A stretch of 64,000 nucleotides of DNA from Spirochaetia bacterium (GCA_963677595.1 OY782041.1:4261377-4325376), one strand, 5' to 3'. Numbered from the stretch's first letter, positions 20,247 to 30,222 are shown. The notes: a model not told the origin generated them from the letters alone. Translations and numbers: made by a program.

Positions 20247-21707
20247 CTATTCCTGAGCTACCCAGCGTACCCGGGGTTTTCGAGCGGCGAGCACCTCATC
20301 GACCCGTCCGATCGGGGTCGATACCGGGGCGGCATGGAGGGAATCAGGATCGTCCTTCGCCCGTGAGGCCAGGGACTTCATGACATCGATGAAACCGTCG
20401 AGCTCCGCGAGCGATTCTGTCTCCGTAGGCTCGATCATCAGTGCCTCATGCACGATCAGCGGGAAGTACATCGTGGGGGGATGGATCCCCTCATCGAGCA
20501 GCCCCTTCGCGATATCCATCGCGGAGATGCCGTATGCATCCTTGATCGCGGAAGCGGAGAGGACGAACTCATGCTTGCAGACCTGGTCGTAGGGCAGGAG
20601 GTAGTCACCCTTCAGGGCTTCCTTGAGGTAGTTGGCGAAGAGGACCGCATGTTCAGAAGCCTCACGCAGCCCGTTGCCCCCCATGATGGTGATGTAGGTA
20701 TATGCCCTGATCATGACCCCGACGTTCCCGTAGAACCCGGAGATCCTGCCGATGCTGTCAGGCTTGTCATAGCCGAACGCATAGGAGTTCCCATCGAAGG
20801 TGATGTCCGGCTGCGGGAGGAACGGCACGAGCCGCTCAGCGACGAGCACCGGACCTGAACCAGGCCCCCCACCCCCGTGTGGGGTCGAGAAGGTCTTATG
20901 GAGGTTGAGGTGGATGACATCGAAGCCCATATCGCCGGGTCGGGTCTTCTCCATGATGGCGTTGAAGTTCGCACCGTCGTAATAGAGGAGCCCTCCCGCG
21001 TCATGGATGCGGTGTGCTACCTTGAGGATATCCTCCTCGAAGATCCCGAGGGTGTTCGGGTTGGTGAGCATGATCCCGGCAAGTTCATCATCGAGGTACT
21101 GTTCGAGATCCGAGAGTGAGACCTGACCTTTCTCGTTCGCCGCGACCTCGACGACCTCGAAGCCTGCCATATGGGCAGATGCAGGATTCGTCCCGTGCGA
21201 AGCAGAAGGGACGAGCACCCTGCGGCGCTTATCCTCACCCCGCTTGTCGAAGTAGGCCCTAAACAGCTTCATCCCGGTATATTCCCCATGGGCCCCAGCG
21301 AAGGGCTGGAGGGTCCCCCACTTCATCCCGGTCAGGGCTGAGAGCTTCTCGAGCAGTTCGTACTGCAGCTTGAGATGGCCCTGGACGGTATCGACCGGCT
21401 GGAGCGGATGGATCTCAGAGAATCCCCGCAGGGCTGCAGTATCCTCGTTCACCTTCGGGTTGTACTTCATGGTGCAGGACCCGAGGGGATAGCTCCCTGA
21501 ATCGACAGCGAAGCATCGTTGTGCCAGGTTCGAGTAGTGGCGTACCACCTCGACCTCGGAGACCTCCGGCAGCTTCGGGATACTCGTTCGCCTAAGTGTT
21601 TCAGGAAGCATCTCCTGCAGCCCGCCTGCCTCGATATCGAGAGGCGGGAACTGGTACCCCTGTCTTCCGGGACAGCTCTTCTCAAAAATCAATGTGTACC
21701 CACTCAT
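20247..21707 (-). CDS. gcvPB: Glycine dehydrogenase (decarboxylating) subunit 2
   Basis: PLGSCTMKYNP, HGTNPASA, HLNLHKTFSTPHGGGGPG. Confidence 0.96.
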   Translation of the reverse strand: MSGYTLIFEKSCPGRQGYQFPPLDIEAGGLQEMLPETLRRTSIPKLPEVSEVEVVRHYSNLAQRCFAVDSGSYPLGSCTMKYNPKVNEDTAALRGFSEIHPLQPVDTVQGHLKLQYELLEKLSALTGMKWGTLQPFAGAHGEYTGMKLFRAYFDKRGEDKRRRVLVPSASHGTNPASAHMAGFEVVEVAANEKGQVSLSDLEQYLDDELAGIMLTNPNTLGIFEEDILKVAHRIHDAGGLLYYDGANFNAIMEKTRPGDMGFDVIHLNLHKTFSTPHGGGGPGSGPVLVAERLVPFLPQPDITFDGNSYAFGYDKPDSIGRISGFYGNVGVMIRAYTYITIMGGNGLREASEHAVLFANYLKEALKGDYLLPYDQVCKHEFVLSASAIKDAYGISAMDIAKGLLDEGIHPPTMYFPLIVHEALMIEPTETESLAELDGFIDVMKSLASRAKDDPDSLHAAPVSTPIGRVDEVLAARKPRVRWVAQE

Positions 21708-23050
21708 GCCATGACCCCTTCAGCTGCTGATACATATGCATCAAGTTCTTCTTTCGTACGCTTCTCCGTGACCGCCACGGCAACGAGCCCGTCGAATGCA
21801 GGATCTAATTCACCAAGGTGGACCCCGGCAAAGATACCGTGCTCACGCATGCCGGCAAGGAATGTCGCAGCCTGCTTCCCGCCAGGGAACTCGAGGGTGA
21901 ACTCTCCTAAGAAGGGGCTGTTCGCCTTCTGTGCCAATCCTGGGACAGAAGCCAGGGCACCGGCAAGGTAATGGGCCTTGGCAGCCGACTGCGTCGCGAC
22001 CTCCCTGACCCCTGCGAACCCGAGCATCGAGAGATAGATCGATGCCGTCAGGGCCACATGGGCCTGGTTCGAACAGATGTTCGAGGTAGCCCGCTCCCGC
22101 TTGATATGCTGTTCCCGTGCCTGGAGGGTCAGGACGAAGGCCCTGTTCCCCCGATTGTCAACCGTCTCACCGACGATACGTCCCGGGAGTTTCCGCATGA
22201 GCTTATCGCCCACCGCGATATAGCCGGCGGAGGGCCCGCCGAAGCAGCGTGCGATCCCGAACGGCTGGATGTCGCCGATGGCGATATCCGCACCCCAGTC
22301 TCCCTGTGAGGGGATAGCCCCCAGGGCGACCGGGTCGCTCGAGATGATGAACTGAGCCTTGTGTGCATGGATGCACTCGGCGAACCCCGTGTAGTCCTCC
22401 ACATAGCCGAAGATGTTCGGGGTCTGCACCAGTACGCCGATGACTGACTCGTCCATCATGGACTGCAGGGTATCGAGCCGCAGGACGCCGTCGGTCTCGG
22501 GCAGGATCTTAATCTCGATATCGGTGCTCGAGATATGGGTCCTGACCACCGCGATCGTGTTCGGGTGGATGGTCTCCGATACCAGGAGTACGTTCCCCTT
22601 CCGCTTCGCTCCCCTGGCCATCACGACCGCTTCCGAAGCCGCGGTATGTCCGTCATAGAGCGAGGCATTCGACACGGACATCCCCGTCATCTCACAGATC
22701 ATCGTCTGGTACTCGAAGATCGCCTGCAGGGTTCCCTGGGAGATCTCCGGCTGGTAGGGGGTATAGGAGGTGAGGAATGCCGGCAGGGATGCAAGGTGCC
22801 TCACTGCCGAGGGGATGATACGGTCATAGGAACCGCACCCGAGATAGGAGGTTCCCACGACATTCATATCAGCGAGGCCCTGGAGCCTGCTGACAGCTTC
22901 ATATTCACTCATACCTGCCGCGATGTGGTCATCGCGGTCGAGGTAGAGATGCTGCGGTATGTCACGGAAGAGGTCATCTATCCCGGACACACCTATGGCC
23001 TTGAGCATAGTTTCCTTCTCGCTCTCGGTCGGGACGCTGTAAAGATTCAT
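21704..23050 (-). CDS. gcvPA: Glycine dehydrogenase (decarboxylating) subunit 1
   Basis: YTPYQPEISQGTLQ, NASLYDG, LQAREQHIKRERATSNICSNQ. Confidence 0.96.
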   Translation of the reverse strand: MNLYSVPTESEKETMLKAIGVSGIDDLFRDIPQHLYLDRDDHIAAGMSEYEAVSRLQGLADMNVVGTSYLGCGSYDRIIPSAVRHLASLPAFLTSYTPYQPEISQGTLQAIFEYQTMICEMTGMSVSNASLYDGHTAASEAVVMARGAKRKGNVLLVSETIHPNTIAVVRTHISSTDIEIKILPETDGVLRLDTLQSMMDESVIGVLVQTPNIFGYVEDYTGFAECIHAHKAQFIISSDPVALGAIPSQGDWGADIAIGDIQPFGIARCFGGPSAGYIAVGDKLMRKLPGRIVGETVDNRGNRAFVLTLQAREQHIKRERATSNICSNQAHVALTASIYLSMLGFAGVREVATQSAAKAHYLAGALASVPGLAQKANSPFLGEFTLEFPGGKQAATFLAGMREHGIFAGVHLGELDPAFDGLVAVAVTEKRTKEELDAYVSAAEGVMA

Positions 23051-23071
23051 GATCGTTTCTTATACTCCTAT

Positions 23072-23455
23072 CTAGAGAGTCTTCAGGTACTCTTCATATG
23101 CAGCAGCATCCATGAGATCCCCGAGGTCACCCTCATCTGCGAGCTCCAATACGAAGATAAAGCTCCCATAGGGGTCGCTGTTGACACCCTCTGGTGTATC
23201 CTCGAGTTCCTCGTTCACCTCGACGACCGTGCCGCCTACCGGGGTGATGATCGCGGATGCAGCCTTGACGGACTCGATGCTCGAGACCTCGTCATCCTTG
23301 CTGAACTCATCATCAACCTCAGGGAGCTCGACATAGACGACCTCACCCAGCTGTGCCTGGGCGTAATCGGTGATCCCCACAGAGGCCTTGTTCCCATCGA
23401 CCTTGACCCATTCATGGTCCTGACTGTACAGTAAACCCTTGATAATCTCGCTCAT
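23072..23455 (-). CDS. gcvH: Glycine cleavage system H protein
   Basis: HEWV, GITDYAQ, IESVKA (lipoyl-Lys), VNSDPYG. Confidence 0.96.
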   Translation of the reverse strand: MSEIIKGLLYSQDHEWVKVDGNKASVGITDYAQAQLGEVVYVELPEVDDEFSKDDEVSSIESVKAASAIITPVGGTVVEVNEELEDTPEGVNSDPYGSFIFVLELADEGDLGDLMDAAAYEEYLKTL

Positions 23456-24576
23456 TTCTTCCTCCCGGTATTCTTGTAGAACGGTGTCTTGACCAGCCTG
23501 GCCTTCTTCCGCTTCCCTCTGATATCAATCTCGATGATATGACCCAGCTTCAATCCAGTGCCTCGCTTGACCATGACCAGTCCGATGAACTCATCAAGCA
23601 TCGGGGACTTCGCCCCGCTGGTCACGTGGCCGATACACTCCTCGCCCTGGTAGACATCATAGCCGGCGCGTGCGACGCCCTTGTCTTCCATGATGATCCC
23701 GCGCAGGGATCTCGGGATCCCCTCTTCCTTCTGTCTCAGGAGCGCTTCCTTCCCGCAGAAATCCCCGGTGTCCAGTGAGACGAACACGGAAAGGTTCGCT
23801 TCCAACGGCGAGATCTCAGCCGTGATCTCATGGCCGTAGAGCGGCAGCTTAGACTCGAGCCGGAGGGTATCCCTCGCCCCAAGACCGCAGGGAACGAGGC
23901 CCAAAGGCTCTCCTGCTTCCATGAGGGTGTTCCAGACAACCGCACCCGAGGCGCTCGGCAGGTAGAGCTCGAAGCCGTCCTCCCCGGTATACCCGGTACG
24001 GGAGACGAGGCATTCGACGCCGCCGATCACGACTGCTTCACGGAAGGTGAAGAACCCGAGGTCCTTCGACTCCTCCCAGAGGGTCGACATGATCTCCTGG
24101 GCCTTCGGACCCTGGAGTGCGATCTGCACATAGCCCTCTGAGGCATTCACGATCTCAGGCAGGGCTCTAACGCCCTCGGCAGCCCAGGGGTTCTCTTTCG
24201 TCACCCAGGCAAAGTCCTTATCGATGTTCGCGGCATTGACGACGAGCAGGTAGGAATCCGCTGCCCGCTTATAGATGATGAGGTCGTCTACGACCCCTCC
24301 GTCAGGATAGCACATCAGTGCGTACATGACCTGGCCGTCAGCCATCGAAGCCGTGTTGTTCGTCACCAGGTAGTCGACGAACTCGCCGCTTCCCGGTCCA
24401 TCCACGAGGAACTCCCCCATGTGGGAGACATCGAACAGGCCTGCGTCCTGCCGGACTGCCATGTGTTCGGTGATGATCCCCGTCTGGAAGTTGACCGGGA
24501 GTTCCCATCCGCCGAAGTCGATGAGCTTGACTCCGGGGTAGGTGCTGTACACATCGTACAGTGGTGTTCTTTTCAT
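23452..24576 (-). CDS. gcvT: Aminomethyltransferase (GCS T protein)
   Basis: FGGWELP, LFDVSHMGE, SRTGYTGEDGFE, GLGARDTLRLE. Confidence 0.96.
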   Translation of the reverse strand: MKRTPLYDVYSTYPGVKLIDFGGWELPVNFQTGIITEHMAVRQDAGLFDVSHMGEFLVDGPGSGEFVDYLVTNNTASMADGQVMYALMCYPDGGVVDDLIIYKRAADSYLLVVNAANIDKDFAWVTKENPWAAEGVRALPEIVNASEGYVQIALQGPKAQEIMSTLWEESKDLGFFTFREAVVIGGVECLVSRTGYTGEDGFELYLPSASGAVVWNTLMEAGEPLGLVPCGLGARDTLRLESKLPLYGHEITAEISPLEANLSVFVSLDTGDFCGKEALLRQKEEGIPRSLRGIIMEDKGVARAGYDVYQGEECIGHVTSGAKSPMLDEFIGLVMVKRGTGLKLGHIIEIDIRGKRKKARLVKTPFYKNTGRKK

Positions 24577-24653
24577 TTCCCCAAACCTCACAATACAGAG
24601 TTCAGGAGCAGACCCGGATCCGGGGCTGCTCCTGTCATTAGAATCAGGTTAGA

Positions 24654-25103
24654 TCACAGGATGTAGGGCACCCTGAGATTGAAGGACTCGTAGACCACGA
24701 AGGTCTCCACATCCTGGATCTCCGAGACCTTGACGAGCTCCTTGTTGAAGAAGTCCAGCAGGGTGTACCCGTCACTCTCATTGATCAGGACCTGGACGAT
24801 CAGATCGTATCTCCCGGTGACTACCGTAGCGAACACGACTCCCCTCAGCCGCGTGAACTCGTTAGCCTTCCGTCCCAGGTCCAGAGTCTTCAGCTTGATC
24901 CCCATCATCACGATCTTATGGTTGGGAAGTGATGACGGATCGACGAGACCGGCAATTTCGAGTACCTGCTCATCGAGGAGTTTGTTCACCCTGGCTCTTA
25001 CCGTGTTCTCAGTGATCGAGAGCTCCTCAGCAATAGCACTGTACGATTTACGTCCGTCCCGAAGCTGTTTGATGATTGCCTTGTTCGTATCGTCGATTTT
25101 CAT
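24654..25103 (-). CDS. Lrp/AsnC family transcriptional regulator
   Basis: N-terminal HTH DGRKSYSAIAEELSITENTVRARV plus RAM domain VTGRYDL. Confidence 0.92.
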   Translation of the reverse strand: MKIDDTNKAIIKQLRDGRKSYSAIAEELSITENTVRARVNKLLDEQVLEIAGLVDPSSLPNHKIVMMGIKLKTLDLGRKANEFTRLRGVVFATVVTGRYDLIVQVLINESDGYTLLDFFNKELVKVSEIQDVETFVVYESFNLRVPYIL

Positions 25104-25107
25104 GATC

Positions 25108-26196
25108 TTATCCGTTCTTCTTTGCGAACTCCGTCATGAAATCGACGAGAGTCGCTACATCCTCTTCAGGAAGCGAGTTGTAGATCGATGCCCTGCATCC
25201 GCCTACACTTCTATGGCCCTTGAGCCCCAGCATGCCTTGTGCCGCAGCTTCTTTGAGGAACTGCTTCTCGAGCTCCTCGGACTTCAGCCGGAAGACCACG
25301 TTCATCTTCGATCGGTAGTTCGCATCGACCGGTGAGTAGAAGGTGTCGCCCAAGCCGTCGATCGCACCATAGAGGAGACCTGCCTTCCGTGCAGCACGGG
25401 CAGCCATCCCCTCAGCACCGCCGTTGGCCTTGATCCACTCGAGGACCAGCTTGACACCCCAGATCGAGAAGACCGGCGGTGTGTTGTAGAGCCCGTTGGA
25501 CGGCGCATGGGTGTTGTAGTTGAGGTATGCGGTGAGGGTCTCAGGAGACCGTTCGAGCATGTCGTTTCGCAGGATGACGAAGGTCGCACCTGCCGGCCCG
25601 AGGTTCTTCTGGACCCCGCCGTAGATCATGGCGAACTTCTCGACCGGGACCGGTCGTGAGAGGATGTCGCTCGACATGTCGGCGATCAGTGGTACATCCC
25701 CGGTCTCCGGCCATGCCTGCCACTCGATCCCCCCGATCGTCTCGTTGGAACAGAGGTAGAGGTATGCTGAGTTCTCACTCGGCTTCACGGTCGCAGGGTC
25801 CGGGAGCGTCGAGAAGTTGGAAGGCTTCCCGTCGAAGTAGACGTTGACATCCCCGATCTTCTTCGCATCATCGCAGGCCTTGTTCGACCAGGCACCGGTC
25901 CGTGCGTAGTCGGCGACCTGTCCTGCGCCGAGGAAGTTCATCGGGATCATCGAGAACTGCAGGGTAGCCCCTCCACCGAGGAAGAAGACCGAGTAGTTCT
26001 CCGGGATGCCGAGCAGCTCCCTGAAGAGCCCGAGGCACTCATTGTACATATCATCGAAGGCAGCGCCCCTGTGGCTTGCCTCGATCATGGAGAACCCGTT
26101 TCCCTGATAATCAGCGATCTGGTCCTGCAGCACGTCCAACACTTCTACAGGCAGCACCGATGGGCCTGCGAAGAAATTCAATTTTCTCTCACTCAT
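25108..26196 (-). CDS. serC: Phosphoserine aminotransferase
   Basis: NFFAGPSVLP, SHR, GGGATLQF, NETIGG, QKNLGPAG, KGHRSVGGCRASIYN. Confidence 0.96.
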   Translation of the reverse strand: MSERKLNFFAGPSVLPVEVLDVLQDQIADYQGNGFSMIEASHRGAAFDDMYNECLGLFRELLGIPENYSVFFLGGGATLQFSMIPMNFLGAGQVADYARTGAWSNKACDDAKKIGDVNVYFDGKPSNFSTLPDPATVKPSENSAYLYLCSNETIGGIEWQAWPETGDVPLIADMSSDILSRPVPVEKFAMIYGGVQKNLGPAGATFVILRNDMLERSPETLTAYLNYNTHAPSNGLYNTPPVFSIWGVKLVLEWIKANGGAEGMAARAARKAGLLYGAIDGLGDTFYSPVDANYRSKMNVVFRLKSEELEKQFLKEAAAQGMLGLKGHRSVGGCRASIYNSLPEEDVATLVDFMTEFAKKNG

Positions 26197-26198
26197 GA

Positions 26199-27086
26199 TT
26201 ACAGCTTACCTCCGTCTACAGCAGCTTTAATGATTCCGAACGCCTCTTCACCGATCCGCAGCAGGTTCTCCTTGCTGCTTGCCCCGATATGGGGGGTCAT
26301 CGTCACGTGGGGAGCCTTGAGGATCGGGTAGTCCTCTGATGGCGGGTCCGATGGCCAGACATCAGTCGCGTACCAGCTGATCCTCCCGTCTTCAAGGGCC
26401 TTCACCATGTCCTCCGCGTCCACGCAGGGACCGCGTCCGGTATTGATGACAACCGGCTTCTTGTTACATGCATTGATCATTGCCTCGCCGAAGATCCCCT
26501 TGGTCTCCGGGGTCAGCGGGAGATGGAGGGATACGTAGTCGGCATCTGCGACTGCTTCCTCCAGGGATGGCTTCATCTCCGCGACCGGGCTTGAGGAGAC
26601 ATACTTGTCATACGCCACGACCTTCATCCCGAATGCGGCCGCACGTTCAGCGACCTTCGATGCGATATTCCCGATACCGCCGAGGGCAAGGGTCTTGCCG
26701 TAGAGTTCCGTCCTCTTCAGGGACTTCTTCAGCCAGTTTCCCTCAGCCATGCCGTTATGGCCTTCGATGATGTGGTTGGGGACGGAGATCATCAGCGCGA
26801 AAGCGAGTTCTGCCACCGCGATGGAAGAGGCTTTCGGGGTATTGTGGACGAGAATGCCTTTACTCTCGGCATACTCCTTGTCGATATTATCAATACCGAC
26901 ACCGCCACGGATGATCAGCTTGAGATTCTTTGCGGAGTCGATGTATTCCCTGGTACACTTCGTTTTACTTCGTACCATCACCACATCGGCTTCTGCAAGA
27001 CGTGAAGTATCATCGGTCACTTCACCAAACACCTGTAATTTTTCCGGTAATGCCGCGTCGAACGCGTCTGAGATCAGGATCAGCAT
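26199..27086 (-). CDS. serA: D-3-phosphoglycerate dehydrogenase, short form without ACT domain
   Basis: VRSKTK, RGGVGIDNID, VAELA, HLPLTPET, TPHIGAS; adjacent to serC. Confidence 0.82.
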   Translation of the reverse strand: MLILISDAFDAALPEKLQVFGEVTDDTSRLAEADVVMVRSKTKCTREYIDSAKNLKLIIRGGVGIDNIDKEYAESKGILVHNTPKASSIAVAELAFALMISVPNHIIEGHNGMAEGNWLKKSLKRTELYGKTLALGGIGNIASKVAERAAAFGMKVVAYDKYVSSSPVAEMKPSLEEAVADADYVSLHLPLTPETKGIFGEAMINACNKKPVVINTGRGPCVDAEDMVKALEDGRISWYATDVWPSDPPSEDYPILKAPHVTMTPHIGASSKENLLRIGEEAFGIIKAAVDGGKL

Positions 27087-27121
27087 CGCTATGGCTCCTC
27101 TAAACTGTTAGAATCTGCCTT

Positions 27122-27150
27122 ATTGTATCGAGTAACTGAGCAAATGTCAA
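27122..27150 (-). promoter_or_regulatory. sigma70 promoter of the serA-serC-lrp-gcv run
   Basis: TTGACA-17 nt-TACAAT on the minus strand; SD GAGGAG before serA. Confidence 0.7.
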
Positions 27151-27207
27151 ATATTTACGTATAAAATTACTGTATTACGAATGTCTTTCTTTTGGGTTTG
27201 AGGAAAT

Positions 27208-27240
27208 AAAAAAGGACGGGATCGCGCAGATCCCATCCCC
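27208..27240 (-). terminator. Intrinsic terminator after rpsU
   Basis: GGATGGGATC-tgcgc-GATCCCGTCC followed by T6 on the minus strand. Confidence 0.75.
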
Positions 27241-27279
27241 TGTTCGGCTAACTGTATAGCCTGAAGCCAATAAAGTACC

Positions 27280-27498
27280 TTAGTAGCTCTTCATGGCCTT
27301 GAGCTTCCTCAGCTTCTTCATCTGTTTCCGCTGGAGAGCCTTCTTCTTTCTATTATTGATCGTAGACGGTTTCTCGAAATATTCCCGTTTCTTCCACTCT
27401 CTAATAATGCCCTCTTTCTCTACCATTCGTTTGAATCGTTTCAGAGATTTCTCAAGAGGTTCTGTTTCGTCGACTTTTACGAAAGCTATGGTAATCAC
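27280..27498 (-). CDS. rpsU: 30S ribosomal protein S21 (start GTG 27498 or ATA 27489)
   Basis: [12 protein letters not shown]...[12 protein letters not shown]. Confidence 0.95.
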   Translation of the reverse strand: MITIAFVKVDETEPLEKSLKRFKRMVEKEGIIREWKKREYFEKPSTINNRKKKALQRKQMKKLRKLKAMKSY

Positions 27499-27544
27499 CC
27501 CCCTTCCCCGCAGGGAAATACTACAGCAGTACTATCACCGAAAA

Positions 27545-29680
27545 TCAGTTGTTTGTCAACAGTCCCGAGGCGTCACGGGCAACATCGAGTACCGTGAGCT
27601 GCAGGGATTCCATGTTCTTATAGTAATTCCTGCCGAAACGGAAGATCAGGTCCACCTGGTCCCCCTTGCCGAAGTCCCGGTTCACCCGGTCCCCGGCCCT
27701 CCAGAAGATCGCCGGCCACTTGTGGGCGCCGTAGGAGAGGAGCATCTTCACATGCTTCTGCTCCCCGTTCCCGAGGAGGCTGATCTCCTCGATCCTCGCC
27801 TTCTTCAGCATGAACTGCAGCGGGCTGTGGTCCACACCGTAGGGTTCGAACTGCTCCACGAGGGAGATCAGCTCCGGCGTCATATACTTCTGCGGCAGCT
27901 CAGCGTCTATATAGAAGGAGCCCTCCTCATCGGCTGAGCTGTCAAGGTCGGCAGCCGCCTCATCCACCTGGATCATGAACTCATCAAGATTGGATTCCTC
28001 GAGGCTGAACCCGCCCGCGCACTGGTGTCCGCCATGGTCGAGCAGCAGCTCGTCGAAACCATTGAGGAACTCCTTGATGTTCATGTTCTTGGCGCTTCGC
28101 ATGGAACCGACCAGGTGACCCTCGAGCTGGGCGATGACCATAGCCGGTACTTTGTACATATTCAGCAGCCGTGCAGCCATGATCCCGGTGATCCCCCGGC
28201 TCATCTCCCGGTCATAGACGATGACGATCTTCCTCTCATGCTCCTCGAAACTCCGCCTGGCCTGGGGGAGGATCCGGTTCCAGGCATCGTCACCCATCTT
28301 CTTGCGCTTTCTGTTGAGACTGACGAGTTCAGCCGAGAGCTCCTCCTGGAGCGACTGCTCCTGGGCAAGGAGCATGTCGACAGCCTTGTCGGGGACCCCC
28401 AGCCTCCCCGCTGCATTGAAGAGCGGGGAGATCTGCCAGCCGATGTCGACTGTCGAGATCCGCTTGCCGGCAAGGTTTATCAGCAGCAGGAAGGTGTTCA
28501 GCGAGCTTCGCTTCCCCCGCGCGATCGCTTCCAGCCCTTTCTTGACGAGGATCCGGTTCTCACCCTTCATCGGCATGAGGTCAGCGACCGTACCGATGGC
28601 GACGAGGTCCAGCTTATCCTCGTACTCAGAGGATAATGCAGGGTGGGAGTGGATCACGAAGGAGGTGAAGAGGTAGAGCAGCGCATCGATCTCCCCGATC
28701 TCCAGGGAGCTGTATCGCTGAGCCCTGCTGCGCTGCTGCAGCCGGACGAGGCTCTTGCCCCGTGTGGCCGGGAAGAGCTCATGGACCTTCGGCGCTATGT
28801 CCATGAGGTGTATATCGACCCGTGCCCCGAAGGCCTGCTGCAGCATCTTCTTCTCCAGGGGCTCATCATATACGAGGATCTGCTTCCCGATGAGGAAGTC
28901 ATAGAGTCTTGACTGTTCCTGGTCGAGCATCCCGGGAACCACGTTCTCCGTGATCCGGTCGGTCTCCACGAGGTTCTCGATCTTCACCGCGTCGATGATG
29001 GTCGTGTCATTCCCCGGCCTGGCATGGAGCAGCACGAGTTCCTGGCGGTAGAAGTCCGTCTTGCTGAACTCGAGAGCCCATACGAGCTTGGCGGCGACGC
29101 CGCAGCCTGCGAGGTCGGGGAAAGGGTACCCGCTCCCCTCCACTTTCGGGTTGATGATCGCCACTGCCGCCGGCAGCTGCTCCCCTGGTATGTGGTGGTC
29201 GAGGATGAGCGCATCGATCCCGTGGTGTGAGGCAAGGGCAACCTCCTCTATCGAGGAGATGCCGCAGTCAACGGTGATCAGCAGCGTCACATCGTCAGCG
29301 ACGAGCTGCTCCACCCCGTCCCGTGTCAGGCCATAGGGCTCGTCATCCTGCGGGAGCTTCCAGTCGACATCGATCCCAAAGGAGCGCAGTGCTTCCACGA
29401 TCAGGACGGTGGAGGTCATCCCGTCCACATCCCGGTCCCCGAACACCCGTACCTTCTCCCCTGCATCCTTAGCCTCATGCAGCCGGTCTACCGCGATCTC
29501 CATGTCCTCGAAGAGGAAGGGGTTCGGCAGGTGGAGTGTATCATCCTCCAGGTAATATTTCAGCTGATCAGGATCGATCCCCCGCCGTTCCAGGATCGAA
29601 GCCGTCAGCAGGTCTACCTGGTACCGGTCATGGATCATCCGGACCCGTTCAGAATCGATCGTTCTCTTTTCCCATCTCAT
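27545..29680 (-). CDS. recJ: Single-stranded DNA exonuclease RecJ with internal insertion
   Basis: GDRDVDG, ITVDCG, DHH, LAGCGVA, GTVAD, NAAGR, GGHQCAGG. Confidence 0.95.
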   Translation of the reverse strand: MRWEKRTIDSERVRMIHDRYQVDLLTASILERRGIDPDQLKYYLEDDTLHLPNPFLFEDMEIAVDRLHEAKDAGEKVRVFGDRDVDGMTSTVLIVEALRSFGIDVDWKLPQDDEPYGLTRDGVEQLVADDVTLLITVDCGISSIEEVALASHHGIDALILDHHIPGEQLPAAVAIINPKVEGSGYPFPDLAGCGVAAKLVWALEFSKTDFYRQELVLLHARPGNDTTIIDAVKIENLVETDRITENVVPGMLDQEQSRLYDFLIGKQILVYDEPLEKKMLQQAFGARVDIHLMDIAPKVHELFPATRGKSLVRLQQRSRAQRYSSLEIGEIDALLYLFTSFVIHSHPALSSEYEDKLDLVAIGTVADLMPMKGENRILVKKGLEAIARGKRSSLNTFLLLINLAGKRISTVDIGWQISPLFNAAGRLGVPDKAVDMLLAQEQSLQEELSAELVSLNRKRKKMGDDAWNRILPQARRSFEEHERKIVIVYDREMSRGITGIMAARLLNMYKVPAMVIAQLEGHLVGSMRSAKNMNIKEFLNGFDELLLDHGGHQCAGGFSLEESNLDEFMIQVDEAAADLDSSADEEGSFYIDAELPQKYMTPELISLVEQFEPYGVDHSPLQFMLKKARIEEISLLGNGEQKHVKMLLSYGAHKWPAIFWRAGDRVNRDFGKGDQVDLIFRFGRNYYKNMESLQLTVLDVARDASGLLTNN

Positions 29681-30222
29681 GCTTGCAACCTTATTGAACG
29701 AAGCCTCTCATACCGGGCTCCGCTTCTCTCGAGGAACGACCGATACAGGACGATCTCTCCCGGAGTGAATCGTATATCTACCAGGGGCCCGAGTGAACCG
29801 ACCAGCCGTTCCCGGTCGATAGAGGCCCCTCTCCTTACCCGTGCCACGGTCAGGTGGGGGATGCTCTTCCCCTGCCTTCCCTTGATCCCCAATGCCCTGT
29901 GCAGGACCCTGCCCAACTCGGAGATCTCGCGTTTCCCCTCTACCGCCGGGGAGACGATCGTTCTCGGGGCTGCCCCCGAGGGGAATGCCGTGATCCCCCT
30001 GCAGTGCACCGGCGGCAGAGGGAAGCTGCCTGCGGCCTGCTCGAAGGCCCTGATGATCTCAGGGAGGGCCGCATCGTCACGCTCCCCGAGGAACGCTAAG
30101 GTTATATGATACCGCTCCTGCGGGATACAGGAAATACCCGATCTCCCCAGATTCCTCACGATAATCCCATGGAGTGGTCCCGCGACCTCAGGGGGTACCG
30201 GGATCCCGATGAAGAGCCTCAC
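29677..30222 (-). CDS. thpR: RNA 2',3'-cyclic phosphodiesterase (2H family)
   Basis: MRLFIGI, HITLAFLG and PHLTVAR (two HxT motifs). Confidence 0.88.
   Translation of the reverse strand: MRLFIGIPVPPEVAGPLHGIIVRNLGRSGISCIPQERYHITLAFLGERDDAALPEIIRAFEQAAGSFPLPPVHCRGITAFPSGAAPRTIVSPAVEGKREISELGRVLHRALGIKGRQGKSIPHLTVARVRRGASIDRERLVGSLGPLVDIRFTPGEIVLYRSFLERSGARYERLRSIRLQA

Noticed and set aside
24577-24653. Glycine riboswitch before gcvT
   Set aside because: Gap too short, and the GGAGA...GAAGG...CTCTCAGG consensus is absent
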